NCBI GenBank assembly: GCA_003171035.1
Contig: PMXR01000109.1
Coordinates: forward strand, 29,019 to 93,018
Length of the DNA stretch: 64,000 nt
Direction: 5' to 3'
Source: Chloroflexota bacterium
GTDB lineage: Bacteria; Chloroflexota; Limnocylindria; Limnocylindrales; CSP1-4
A program made the position numbers and the translations under genes. This document shows positions 55,337 to 64,000 of the stretch, piece after piece (within the stretch, counting starts at the first letter, position 1; the number at the start of each line of letters is the position of its first letter). The notes under the pieces were generated by a model. That model was not told the DNA's origin and did not search any database. It saw nothing but the letters and a program-made list of their open reading frames with translations.

Positions 55337-56179
55337 ATGACTGTCACCACCAAATCCAGCGCGCTGAGCGCCATCTACCTGCGCGCCCGCGGCGCATCCC
55401 TTCGAGTCTGGCGACGCATAACGCCGGCCGCCACTAAGGTCCCGGAAATCACCGTCCTCTTCTGGGTGGTCAAGTTGCTGACCACGGCGATGGGCGAGGC
55501 AACCTCGGACTTCCTCGTCTTCCAGATCGATCCGGCGATCGCGGTCGTTGTCGGGGCGATCGGCTTCACCCTGGCGATGGCTCTGCAGCTACTCGTGCGC
55601 CGCTACCTGGCTCCGGTCTACTGGCTGGCCGTGGCTATGGTCGCGATCTTCGGGACGATGGGCGCGGACGTCGTTCACATCGGGCTCGGGATTCCCTATC
55701 TCGTCTCCACTGTGTTCTTCGCCATCTGCCTCGCCGTCATCTTCGCGGCCTGGTACGCGTTCGAGAAGACGCTCTCGATCCACAGCATCTATACGCCCCG
55801 GCGAGAGCTGTTCTATTGGGCCGCGGTCGTGGCCACGTTCGCACTCGGCACCGCCGCGGGAGACATGACCGCGACCACAATGCGCCTGGGCTACTTCGCG
55901 TCCGGGGTGTTGTTCGGGATCTTGTTCGCGCTCCCGGCACTCGGCTACCGCCTGGTCCACGTGAATCCGATCCTGACGTTCTGGATCGCCTACGTTCTGA
56001 CGAGGCCGTTCGGAGCCTCCTTCGCGGACTGGGCGGGCAAGTCGCGCATCTCGAGCGGCCTTGGACTCGGGACAGGTGAAGTCGCCGTCGTCCTGACCGT
56101 CCTCATCGCCATTCTGGTCGGGTACATGTCGGTGACCCTCAAGGGCGTCGAGCGCGAGCCGGCGACTCCAAAGCGGTAG
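55337..56179 (+). CDS. hypothetical membrane protein
   Basis: About 8 hydrophobic helices. Start chosen at MTVTT. Confidence 0.4.
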   Translation: MTVTTKSSALSAIYLRARGASLRVWRRITPAATKVPEITVLFWVVKLLTTAMGEATSDFLVFQIDPAIAVVVGAIGFTLAMALQLLVRRYLAPVYWLAVAMVAIFGTMGADVVHIGLGIPYLVSTVFFAICLAVIFAAWYAFEKTLSIHSIYTPRRELFYWAAVVATFALGTAAGDMTATTMRLGYFASGVLFGILFALPALGYRLVHVNPILTFWIAYVLTRPFGASFADWAGKSRISSGLGLGTGEVAVVLTVLIAILVGYMSVTLKGVEREPATPKR

Positions 56180-56378
56180 GCCTGAGGATCAGATTTGCCG
56201 GCCTACCGCAGGTCGGTCGGCCCGTGGTGGAACGGCAGAGTGGGTTTTCATCCTCGCGCCGGTTCCGAATCCGGCCTAGCGTGAGCGATCCGGTGTCTTT
56301 GAAATGCCAGACAGCATCTCTTCGGGACGTCGCGCCCCGATCGGAAGGTTCGGGGACCAGTCGAACAAGGAGTTCCGC

Positions 56379-56990
56379 ATGCCCGCCGCAGCACTGGTAA
56401 TCGCCGCGGTCGTGATCGTCGCGATCCTGATTTTGGCCGTGTGGTCGTCCGCGAGGCGACAGCGAACCCAGGGGCTGGAGCGGAGCGAGAAGCTTCGCGA
56501 GCAGTTCGGGCCCGAGTACGATCGGACACTCGCCGAGACGGGCGACGCCCACAGCGCCGAGAACGAGCTGACGGCCCGCCAGGAGCGAGTCTCGCAATTC
56601 GAGATCCGGCACCTCGGCGCGGATGAAGGCCAGCGCTTCAACGATGAGTGGCTGGTTGTCCAGGCGAGCTTCGTCGACGACCCGTCTACCGCCGTTCACG
56701 ATGCCGACGCCCTGGTCGGGCGGGTCATGGTGGCCCGCGGCTACCCGGTCAGCGACTTCGAGCAGCGCTCGGCCGACATGTCGGTCGATCACTCGCCGGC
56801 CATAGCGCACTACCGCGCCGCGCACGAGATCGCGCTCCGCGACGCACAAGGCCAGGCCGATACGGAAGAACTGCGCCAGGCCGTGATCAGTTCCCATGTG
56901 TTGTTCAACGACCTGGTCGAGGCGCCTCAAGAGGCGCCTCAAGAGGCGACGGTCACTCCCGAGACGAAAGTTCTCGTCGCGGCCCAATGA
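56379..56990 (+). CDS. hypothetical membrane-anchored protein (paralogue 1 of a tandem pair)
   Basis: N-terminal TM helix (AALVIAAVVIVAILILAVW). AACAAGGAG ribosome-binding site. Shares a conserved core (…QASFVDDPSTAVHDADALVGRV…) with the next gene. Confidence 0.35.
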   Translation: MPAAALVIAAVVIVAILILAVWSSARRQRTQGLERSEKLREQFGPEYDRTLAETGDAHSAENELTARQERVSQFEIRHLGADEGQRFNDEWLVVQASFVDDPSTAVHDADALVGRVMVARGYPVSDFEQRSADMSVDHSPAIAHYRAAHEIALRDAQGQADTEELRQAVISSHVLFNDLVEAPQEAPQEATVTPETKVLVAAQ

Positions 56991-57412
56991 TCACCGGCGA
57001 CATCTCGTCGGGAACGTCGCCGACGCCGACGACCTCGAGCCAGAACGGCTCCGGCACCAACCCATCCGACCCGGCCCAGCGGCCTTCAGATCAGCCGAGG
57101 ACGGACCTGCGAGGACAACGTCGACGGTCGACGAGGCGGAGCAGCATCCTGCTCTTCGATGCCGGCGCCGCCGAGTCCTTCCGGTCTCGATGGCTGGACA
57201 TCCAAACGAGCTTCGTGGACGAGCCGGGACTTTCGGTCGAACAGGCCGATCTCCTGGTGGCAGAGGTCTTGCGCAAGCTGACCAAGTCGTTCGCCGAGAA
57301 GCGCGCAAAGCTCGAACCCCAGCTGGTGAAGGGCGAGGAAAACTCAACCGAGGATCTCCGGATCGCCTTGCGCCATTACCGGTCGTTCTTCGACCGCCTG
57401 CTACTCGTCTAG
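56987..57412 (+). CDS. hypothetical protein (paralogue 2 of a tandem pair)
   Basis: ATGA overlap with the previous gene. Core (…QTSFVDEPGLSVEQADLLVAEV…) homologous to the previous gene. Confidence 0.35.
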   Translation: MITGDISSGTSPTPTTSSQNGSGTNPSDPAQRPSDQPRTDLRGQRRRSTRRSSILLFDAGAAESFRSRWLDIQTSFVDEPGLSVEQADLLVAEVLRKLTKSFAEKRAKLEPQLVKGEENSTEDLRIALRHYRSFFDRLLLV

Positions 57413-57428
57413 TAAAGAAGGTCCCAAC

Positions 57429-57500
57429 ATGGAACTACTGCTGGTCATCATCATCGTGATCCTGCTCTTCGGCGGAGGCTTCAGCTTCTACCGTCGCTAA
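57429..57500 (+). CDS. 23-aa hydrophobic micro-peptide ORF (MELLLVIIIVILLFGGGFSFYRR)
   Basis: Strong AAGAAGG ribosome-binding site 7 nt upstream. A single predicted TM helix. Not in the ORF track because it is under 60 aa. Confidence 0.25.
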   Translation: MELLLVIIIVILLFGGGFSFYRR

Positions 57501-57582
57501 GGCCGAGCGTCCCTGCGGGTCGGACCGCGCGCACCTAACGAGACGGCGTCCGATTGCGGCGCCGTTTCGGCTCGCGGCATGA

Positions 57583-59289
57583 CTACGAAGCGGCGTTTTG
57601 CTCCAGAACCAGCGCCAGCAGCGAGCAACCGTGCTGCAGCGTCCAGAAGTCGTCGAAGTAGCGATGCTCTTTGTTGAGAAGCACGGCCACGACCCCCCAG
57701 TCGTGGCGCGGAGTCCCGATCGGCAGGATGGTCACCGTGCCGGACGCACCGTCCCCCTCCGCATCTCCCACCCAATCGGCCGGAGGAAAGTCTTCGACAG
57801 CGATCCGGGATCCCGCTCGCAACTTGCCGGTCGCCAGACCGTAGGTGGCGCGGACTACCAGTTCGCGGCCGTGCTCCGTGGGCTCCCAGAAAGCCAGGCA
57901 GCCATGGGTGGCGTTGACCTTGCTGAGCCACTCGAGATCGGTCTCTCGGCCGGGCTCGAGCCTGAGGAACCAACGCGTCAAGTCCAGCTGGACATCCGCC
58001 ACCTCGGTATGCAGCGAATCGACGGTCGCGCAATAGCGGAGGATCTGCAACCGTGCCTGAGCCAGGAACTCCCTCAACCTCGGGCGGATCGTGTCCGGGT
58101 CCTTGCTGGCGCCGGGCTGGCGGAATAACCCAACGAACTCGAGGAGGTCGACGAGGCCCAGCAGCGTCTCCGCGTTCCGAGTCTGGCGACTGGCGCTGCG
58201 CCACGCTTCATCGAGTTCCGTGACATGCGTGACGGGCGCTCCGAGCACCGCCGCATCAAATGCTCGAATGACGGTCTTGACGCCGGGCCAGATTTCGCCG
58301 GAGCGATCCGTCGAGCTGAACTCTGGCAAGCCGACGAGAGCCTTCTCCAACACCTCGCTCAGACGTTCCTTCCAGTCGGGCGCGTTCCAGTCGTGCGCCG
58401 AGTGGACGAGCCCTTCCTCGGCATCGAAGCAGCCGCATGAGTGACGCAGGACCAGGGCGGTCGGCATCACGTGGACGCCCTCGGTGCCCGGCGTGCCGTT
58501 CATCAAGTCGAGCAACACCCGCATTGCGGCGGTGCCAAGCGCTCGTGGGTTCTGGCGGACGGACGTCAGGGCGGGCACCGCGCTCTGGGCGACTTCCGAG
58601 TCGTTGAACCCGATGATGGCGATGTCATCCGGCACAACTATGCCCGCCTCGGCGAACCCCACGATCAGATCGAGCGCAAGCCCATCGGTCGCGGCAAAGA
58701 TGGCGCTTGGCGGCAGTCCTGCTTCCATCATTGATTTCGCGGCCTCACGCCCGGAGGGTGACATTTCAGTCCGAGCGATGCGGACCAGGGCCGGGTCGAC
58801 ATCAATTCCGGCCGCTTCGAGAGCGCTGCAGTAGCCGCGATATCGGCCCACGTAGTCGTCCTGGTTGAGCGCGCCGACGAAGCCGATTCTTCGGTGACCA
58901 TGCGTGAGGAAGTGCTCGACTGCCTGGGCGGCGCCACCGGCGTTGTCGACCACCATGGACGGGCCGTCCGGATGCGGATTCCGACCGGCGATCGCGACCA
59001 TCGGCTCGTCTATGTGCGACAGGATCGCCAGTTCCTCGGGATGCGACGTCGCCGTTATCGGGATTATCCCGATCCGCAGCGCTCGAACCATCCGGTAGTA
59101 ATCGGCCGCCGGTCCCGCGTCCATCGTCGACGCCTGCCACCCGAAGGCGGTCTGGATGACCACGGGTTGGAGATTCTGCTGAATGCAGACGTCATCGATG
59201 CCGGTCAGGACTTCGCCGGCATAGAAGCCCCCTCCTTGCGGCGTGAACACGCAAATCCGGCGTGCGTTCGCCCGCCTCTGTGGCATCAA
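57583..59289 (-). CDS. LacI-type periplasmic-binding-fold ligand-binding domain (no HTH) fused to an uncharacterised C-terminal sensory-like domain
   Basis: The N-terminal 270 aa match LacI/PurR sugar-binding cores (IGFVGALNQDDYVGRYRGYCSALEAAGIDVDPALV...DDIAIIGFNDSEVAQSAVPALTSVRQN) but lack the N-terminal DNA-binding helix. The C-terminal 250 aa are of unknown fold. Confidence 0.4.
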   Translation of the reverse strand: MMPQRRANARRICVFTPQGGGFYAGEVLTGIDDVCIQQNLQPVVIQTAFGWQASTMDAGPAADYYRMVRALRIGIIPITATSHPEELAILSHIDEPMVAIAGRNPHPDGPSMVVDNAGGAAQAVEHFLTHGHRRIGFVGALNQDDYVGRYRGYCSALEAAGIDVDPALVRIARTEMSPSGREAAKSMMEAGLPPSAIFAATDGLALDLIVGFAEAGIVVPDDIAIIGFNDSEVAQSAVPALTSVRQNPRALGTAAMRVLLDLMNGTPGTEGVHVMPTALVLRHSCGCFDAEEGLVHSAHDWNAPDWKERLSEVLEKALVGLPEFSSTDRSGEIWPGVKTVIRAFDAAVLGAPVTHVTELDEAWRSASRQTRNAETLLGLVDLLEFVGLFRQPGASKDPDTIRPRLREFLAQARLQILRYCATVDSLHTEVADVQLDLTRWFLRLEPGRETDLEWLSKVNATHGCLAFWEPTEHGRELVVRATYGLATGKLRAGSRIAVEDFPPADWVGDAEGDGASGTVTILPIGTPRHDWGVVAVLLNKEHRYFDDFWTLQHGCSLLALVLEQNAAS

Positions 59290-59522
59290 GTCCCTGCCTT
59301 TGCGACAACGGTTCGACGGCGCGAGCCTGCCTGCGGCTCCAGGAAGTCTCGAGCTGTGCTAGTGGTGTCGGCGTGTATCCCTGGCGGACAATACGGACCG
59401 TGCACTACGGCCCATCGATGATAAGGCCACCGAATAGGGGACCCTGCGGCCGGCTAGAATCGCCCGACTCGCAAGGCCCGGAGACGCGCGGTTGATCGCG
59501 ATCCGGGGCCGGCGCGTTCAAG

Positions 59523-59966
59523 ATGGAGGCGCAATCAATGAGCCCGGACAACGCGGCGATCGAGTACCTCGGCCAGACCCCGACCGCCGATGAGTTCGAG
59601 CGGCTCTTCCGGCTGAGTGGCTGGACCGAGGCGATGGACATATCCGCCTATCGCCTGGCCGAAACGCTGCCCCATGCCTGGTACTCAGTGTGCGCGCGGC
59701 GCGACGGCGAGATCGTCGGCACGGGCATGGTGCTCGGCGACGGAGTGCTCCACGCCCTGATCGTGGACGTCATCGTGATGCCCGAGATGCGCGGCCACGG
59801 CATCGGAACCGAGATCATGAAGCGACTAATCGCCCACTGCCACGAGGAGCGAATCCTCCAGGTCCAGCTCTTCAGCGCCCGCGGCAAGCGCGGGTTCTAC
59901 GAGAAGCTAGGCTTCGTGGCGCGCCCGGACGACGGGCCCGGCATGGAACTGGCCGAACTCGGCTAG
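59523..59966 (+). CDS. GNAT family N-acetyltransferase
   Basis: Acetyl-CoA-binding motif VMPEMRGHGIGTEIMKRLIAHC ... GFYEKLGF. Confidence 0.7.
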   Translation: MEAQSMSPDNAAIEYLGQTPTADEFERLFRLSGWTEAMDISAYRLAETLPHAWYSVCARRDGEIVGTGMVLGDGVLHALIVDVIVMPEMRGHGIGTEIMKRLIAHCHEERILQVQLFSARGKRGFYEKLGFVARPDDGPGMELAELG

Positions 59967-59997
59967 GCGCCGACCGACCGCTCGCCGCTGCCCCGCG

Positions 59998-61614
59998 CTA
60001 ACTCTTCGGCGGCCAGATAACTCGAGGCGCCCCCAGGAAGATCTGCTTGTACAGGTCCTCGCCGTAGCTCGTCGGAAGCGGCTCCGCCTCGACGACCTTG
60101 AAGGTCCGCCGCGTGTCGTCCTCGCGCTCGGCGCGGAGGAAGAGCGCCGAGTCGAGGTTCTGGGCGAAGAAGCCGTGGGCCAGATCGTAGAGGTGGGTCA
60201 CGTACAGGACCCGGACGCCGGATTCGATCAGGGCGCGGACGATCTGGCGGGCTATCTCGGAGCCCTCGCGCTCGTTCGTGGAGGCGAAGGATTCGTTGGC
60301 GAGGAGCATGCTGCCCGGCCGCGCCGCGTTGACGATCTCGCTCATCCGCGCCAGCTCCTCGTCGAGCCGGCCGCTCCTCATGGTCGAGTCTTCCTCGCGT
60401 TTGAAGTGCGTGAAGAGGCCCGCGCACGTGCTCGCCCGGTACGCGACGGCGGCCACGAACATGCCGCACTGCATCATCAACTGGGCCTGGCCGATGCTGC
60501 GCAGGAAGGTCGACTTGCCGCCGCGATTGGCGCCGGTGACCATGACCAGCGTCTTGCCGTCGGCGTCGATGTCGTTCGGGACGACCTTGCCCCTCATGCT
60601 CAGGCTGAGACAGACGTCGTACACGGCCATGGCGCGGAGACGAGGTTCGCCGGCCGGCAGCGGTTCGGGCGTGCACACGGGCTGTCCCGTTGCGGCGATC
60701 TGCTGGCGGAGGTTGAGGCAGCCGATGTAAAAGGCCAGCTCGAACCGCAGGCTGCGCAGGAACCCCAGGATGTTGTCGGCCGCCTGGGCGAGCGAGGCGG
60801 CGACCGAGCTGATGCCCCTGCCCTTCAAATCGGAGAGGGCCTTGGAGCGGTCCTCTTCCGTACTGCTCTCGAGCTTGCCGTTCGACCGCTGGGCCAGCAG
60901 CGGCATCAGCGCCAGCGCCGGCGACATAGGCGACCCGGGCAGCGTCCGGTGCGTTGGACCGTGCGACGTGTTGACGGTGCGAACGTCGTCGATCCGATCG
61001 GAAACGAACCGGTACCAGGTCGCGGGGCGCGGTTCGAGCAGGACGTAGGAAGGGCTCTCGTCGGCCGGACCGAGAACGGCGCTCATCGGCACGCCGTCCT
61101 TGAAGGTCAGGAGCCGCAGGTGGCCGTCGAGAGCCTTGAGGAAGTCGTCGTCGAGCTCGCGCGAGAGCATGCCGAAGAGCGTTGCGAAGCCCTCGGAGTG
61201 GAACTTGCCGGCTTGCCGATCGGCGACGTGGCGCAGTTTCTTGAGCGAATCGGACAGCAACTCCAGCACGGCCACCGACCTGTGGAGCAGACCCTCGGCA
61301 TAGTCGTCCAGGAGCCCGCCCCAGATCCGGCGTTCGGCGGCGAGGGTCTTGCCGGTCAGCTCGTACAACTCCCGGACGGCGGCCGCGTGCTCGTTGCAGT
61401 CGGCCAGGACCCGCTGCCGATAGCGGATCTCGTCCGGTTCGATGAGGCCGGCCAGCACCACCGTCCGGACGGTCTCGCGAACGAACTCGTCGCCCTGAGC
61501 CATCGACCGGAAGAGGAGTTCGAGACCCAGGTCCTCGACCAGGCCGGTGGCGGTCGGCGGCAACGCGGCCTGCGGATCGAAGTCGCGATCGGCATGGAGG
61601 AGGAGCGCCTTCAT
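59998..61614 (-). CDS. MutS-related protein (MutS domain V ABC-ATPase; no mismatch-binding domain I evident), paralogue A
   Basis: Walker A (TGANRGGKSTFLRSIGQ) and MutS-type signature/D-loop region (...ANESFASTNEREG...). ATG at 61614 overlaps the stop of paralogue B (ATGA). Confidence 0.55.
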   Translation of the reverse strand: MKALLLHADRDFDPQAALPPTATGLVEDLGLELLFRSMAQGDEFVRETVRTVVLAGLIEPDEIRYRQRVLADCNEHAAAVRELYELTGKTLAAERRIWGGLLDDYAEGLLHRSVAVLELLSDSLKKLRHVADRQAGKFHSEGFATLFGMLSRELDDDFLKALDGHLRLLTFKDGVPMSAVLGPADESPSYVLLEPRPATWYRFVSDRIDDVRTVNTSHGPTHRTLPGSPMSPALALMPLLAQRSNGKLESSTEEDRSKALSDLKGRGISSVAASLAQAADNILGFLRSLRFELAFYIGCLNLRQQIAATGQPVCTPEPLPAGEPRLRAMAVYDVCLSLSMRGKVVPNDIDADGKTLVMVTGANRGGKSTFLRSIGQAQLMMQCGMFVAAVAYRASTCAGLFTHFKREEDSTMRSGRLDEELARMSEIVNAARPGSMLLANESFASTNEREGSEIARQIVRALIESGVRVLYVTHLYDLAHGFFAQNLDSALFLRAEREDDTRRTFKVVEAEPLPTSYGEDLYKQIFLGAPRVIWPPKS

Positions 61615-63146
61615 GCGCCGATCCGCCGCTTCACGCTCGCGTACGAGAGCTTGTACTTCTCGGCGATCGCGGCCGCGTAGGCGAGCCCGTTGGCCGGGCG
61701 GCGAGTCACCTTGTACGTCCGTACGGCGGGGTCGTCCGGGTCGACCGAGCTGACCATGCTCACCGTCTTCTCGTTGAGCGTCGACAGCTCGTCGAGGAAA
61801 GTCACGCAGACGCACAGGGCGTCGAGGTTGCTGACCCGCACGAGGACCGCCCGGTTGAGATAGACCGCATCGGTCAGCGACGTCGAGCTGAAGACCTCGT
61901 TCAGGATGATCAGGCTCTTGGACGTCGCGCGCTCGAGAAGCTTGTGGACGTGCAGGAGTCCTATCTCGAGCTCGCTTCGCTGGTTCTCGACCTTCTCCTG
62001 GCGCTGGAAGTGGGTGAGGACTTTGTCCGTCAGGAGAAGCTTCGCATCGCGGCCGGGCACGGGCAGGCCAAGGCTCGCGAGGAAGTGCATCTGGCCGAAC
62101 ATCCGCGCGAACGTCGTCTTGCCGCCCTGGTTCGGGCCGGTGATGACGAGGATGCGTTCGGGGTCGTCCAGGTAGAAGTCGTTGGTCACGATCGCGTCGG
62201 CGTCGTTCAGCCGGTGGGCCAGCGCCAGGTCGAAGGCGGCGTGTCCGGCGATCGCTTTCGAAGTCGCGCTCACGACCGGGTAGCAGAACGCCAATCCAAT
62301 GGCCCGCAGCCCGGCGGTGTAGCGAAGGTATTCCAGGTAGAAGTGGATCTCGCGATCGAAGGCGGCGATCTTGGCGTCGACGAAGCCGGCGTGCCGATCG
62401 GCGTAGCGCTCCAGCGCGCCGAAGACCCGCGGGTAGGTCTCCGCCACGGTGTCCAGCACCGCGCCTTCCAGTTCGTACATCGCCGCCGAGGCAGATGCCG
62501 TGAAGGAGTACTGCGTCGCGGCGTCGGTCTTGAACCTCTCGAAGGTCCGATCCACTTCGGCGGCGTAGTCGGTCTCGGGCCGGTCCGACGCCCTGGCGAC
62601 CCGAACCTGATCGCCGTCTATGTGGAGCCGGTACCTGATCGACGCCAGCTCGTCGGTGATCTTCGTGGTGTCGGCGACCAGAGTCGCGAACTCGGCCGAT
62701 GCAACGTACGCCGCCAGGTAGTCGTGCAGGCCCACAAAGCCCTGTGACTTCACGGTCGTCGCTGCCAGCGCGTCCGCGAGATCGGTCACGGCGCGGCAGT
62801 AGATGCCGACGGCGCCCGCAAACCAGCGCAACCTCTGGTACCTGGCGAGCAACTCGCCGTGGGCCAGATGCTCGCGCATGGAACGCAGCGTCTTGGCGAA
62901 GGCGCGGAGATGCGCCACGAGCGCGGGATCCTCGAGATCGCGGAACACGTCCTGCCGGTAGTTGACCGAATCGACGTTGCGGAGCGGCGCGAGAAAGTGG
63001 GGTCTCAGGTCGTACTCGTCACGATCGTCGGCGATCGAGTCGATGACGTGATCGAGTCTCAGGTCGGCGAGCAGTTCCCGAGCGGCGCCGTCATCCAGGG
63101 GTCTGGCCGCGTCGGGTCGATCGAACAGGATGCTCTGGAAGTCCAC
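61611..63146 (-). CDS. MutS-related protein (MutS domain V ABC-ATPase), paralogue B
   Basis: Walker A (TGPNQGGKTTFARMFGQ) and ...LNEVFSSTSLTDAV.... N-terminal helical domain homologous to paralogue A. Confidence 0.55.
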   Translation of the reverse strand: MDFQSILFDRPDAARPLDDGAARELLADLRLDHVIDSIADDRDEYDLRPHFLAPLRNVDSVNYRQDVFRDLEDPALVAHLRAFAKTLRSMREHLAHGELLARYQRLRWFAGAVGIYCRAVTDLADALAATTVKSQGFVGLHDYLAAYVASAEFATLVADTTKITDELASIRYRLHIDGDQVRVARASDRPETDYAAEVDRTFERFKTDAATQYSFTASASAAMYELEGAVLDTVAETYPRVFGALERYADRHAGFVDAKIAAFDREIHFYLEYLRYTAGLRAIGLAFCYPVVSATSKAIAGHAAFDLALAHRLNDADAIVTNDFYLDDPERILVITGPNQGGKTTFARMFGQMHFLASLGLPVPGRDAKLLLTDKVLTHFQRQEKVENQRSELEIGLLHVHKLLERATSKSLIILNEVFSSTSLTDAVYLNRAVLVRVSNLDALCVCVTFLDELSTLNEKTVSMVSSVDPDDPAVRTYKVTRRPANGLAYAAAIAEKYKLSYASVKRRIGA

Positions 63147-63262
63147 CCCGCGATCTTACGCCGGGCGACGAGGCGAAAGTCGCCGATACCTTCAGCGGGA
63201 GCGGCTCTGCCGATCCGCTAGACTCAGGACTCCACTTCGGGTAGCAGTGAGGATCGCAATTC

Positions 63263-64000
63263 AGTGCCAAGGGCTGCCATAGCCTGCGCTTTGCCACACG
63301 CCGACTTTGTCGCCGCGCGTGACGAACTGGCCGCGGCCGGATACGAGCCGATCGCAACGGAAACTGCCGACGATCTGGAGCGGTTGCTGGAGAGCCGGAA
63401 CGACGTGGGAGTCGCGATTCTCGACTCCGAGGCAGACCTCGACATAACCCTCGAGATGTACGCGATCCTCCATGAGGCCGGCCGAAACATCCCCGCGTTG
63501 CTCCTGATGCCGCCGCTGACCCAGGGCAAGATGTCCCTCGGCGGCGGCCGCAACGAATCTAACGACGAGTACTTCTCGAGACCCTTCTCCGCGGAGTCGC
63601 TGCGATACCGCATAGACGCGATGCTGATCCGGAGCGGCGCCATCCCAGCCGAGGAAATCGTCGCCGACCGGATCTCTCCGGCGCCGACCGAGGCAGCCGC
63701 CGTTCCCGCAGCCCCCGTTGCGCCCGCCGTTCCCGTAGCGCCGACGCGCGAGATCGGTCGCACCGCGCCGGCCGCCCCCGCGCCGGCCCATGCCGCCGAA
63801 TACGCCGGTCTGGCCAAGGTCGGCGGCACCACCACCTACTACCCGCCCGCCCCGCCTATCGAGCCGCCCGATGGGTCGCAGCGCGGACGGCTGATCATCG
63901 TCTTCAACCCCAAAGGCGGCGTGGGCAAGACCACGGTCTCTATCAACCTCGGGGCCACGCTGCAGCTACGCAAGCATCTCACGGTCCTGCTGGTCGACTG
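63263..64000 (+). CDS. CpaE/TadZ-like protein: degenerate receiver-like N-domain plus ParA/MinD-type P-loop ATPase. Partial, continuing beyond the window end.
   Basis: Frame 2 is open from a GTG at 63263 (GAGGA ribosome-binding site upstream) to the window end. The C-terminus shows the deviant Walker A (FNPKGGVGKTTVSINLG). Not in the ORF track because there is no stop codon in the window. Confidence 0.45.

Noticed and set aside
1-64000. CRISPR arrays, rRNA, IS transposases, prophage structural genes
   Set aside because: No spacer-repeat periodicity and no transposase or capsid-like translations were seen. The only mobile element supported is the tRNA-Thr island.

Overview
This is a high-GC, actinobacterium-like chromosomal window dominated by core genes. 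It contains one clear accessory insert of about 13.4 kb, integrated at a tRNA-Thr(CGU) gene (minus strand, 17330..17404). The island is bounded by a 53-bp direct repeat of the tRNA 3' half (3947..3999 and 17322..17374) and carries a tyrosine integrase next to the intact tRNA. By eye it is more A/T-rich than its flanks. Its cargo looks like a defence or addiction-module collection:
- a three-gene minus-strand operon: pentapeptide-repeat membrane protein, minimal nucleotidyltransferase, small helical protein (candidate novel system);
- a 359-aa protein with a restriction-endonuclease-like N-terminus;
- a replication-relaxation-family protein;
- a tandem Phd/YefM-like antitoxin protein;
- a HigB/HigA-like toxin-antitoxin pair;
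- an AbiEi/AbiEii-like pair;
- an HNH endonuclease followed by an uncharacterised membrane protein.
Core genes outside the island, in order:
- partial carbon-nitrogen hydrolase;
- two convergent MFS transporters;
- a TPM-domain protein, PspA and an AIM24-family protein (membrane-stress module);
- YceI and a divergent MarR regulator;
- an NTP-transferase;
- a standalone LigD-polymerase-domain gene convergent with an ATP-dependent DNA ligase (non-homologous end-joining module);
- a lipoprotein whose lipobox cysteine codon is an in-frame TGA;
- a TetR regulator with an ABC-2 exporter;
- a third MFS transporter;
- ribosomal protein L25/Ctc;
- an MprA/MprB/PepD-like response regulator, histidine kinase and HtrA protease;
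- a translationally coupled folC-folP-folB operon;
- a PknB-like PASTA Ser/Thr kinase;
- GalU;
- a CcdA-thioredoxin fusion;
- a DUF5666-like secreted protein;
- an ECF sigma factor with a LysM anti-sigma-like protein;
- pirin;
- a tandem pair of paralogous membrane-anchored proteins;
- a small hydrophobic-peptide ORF;
- a GNAT acetyltransferase;
- a translationally coupled pair of MutS-domain-V paralogues;
- a partial CpaE-like ATPase at the window end.
A family of conserved GTCACC-N3-GGTGAC palindromic repeats flanks the ligase and lipoprotein region. No CRISPR array or rRNA was seen. Many long ORFs in the six-frame track are antisense artefacts of high GC and were not called.
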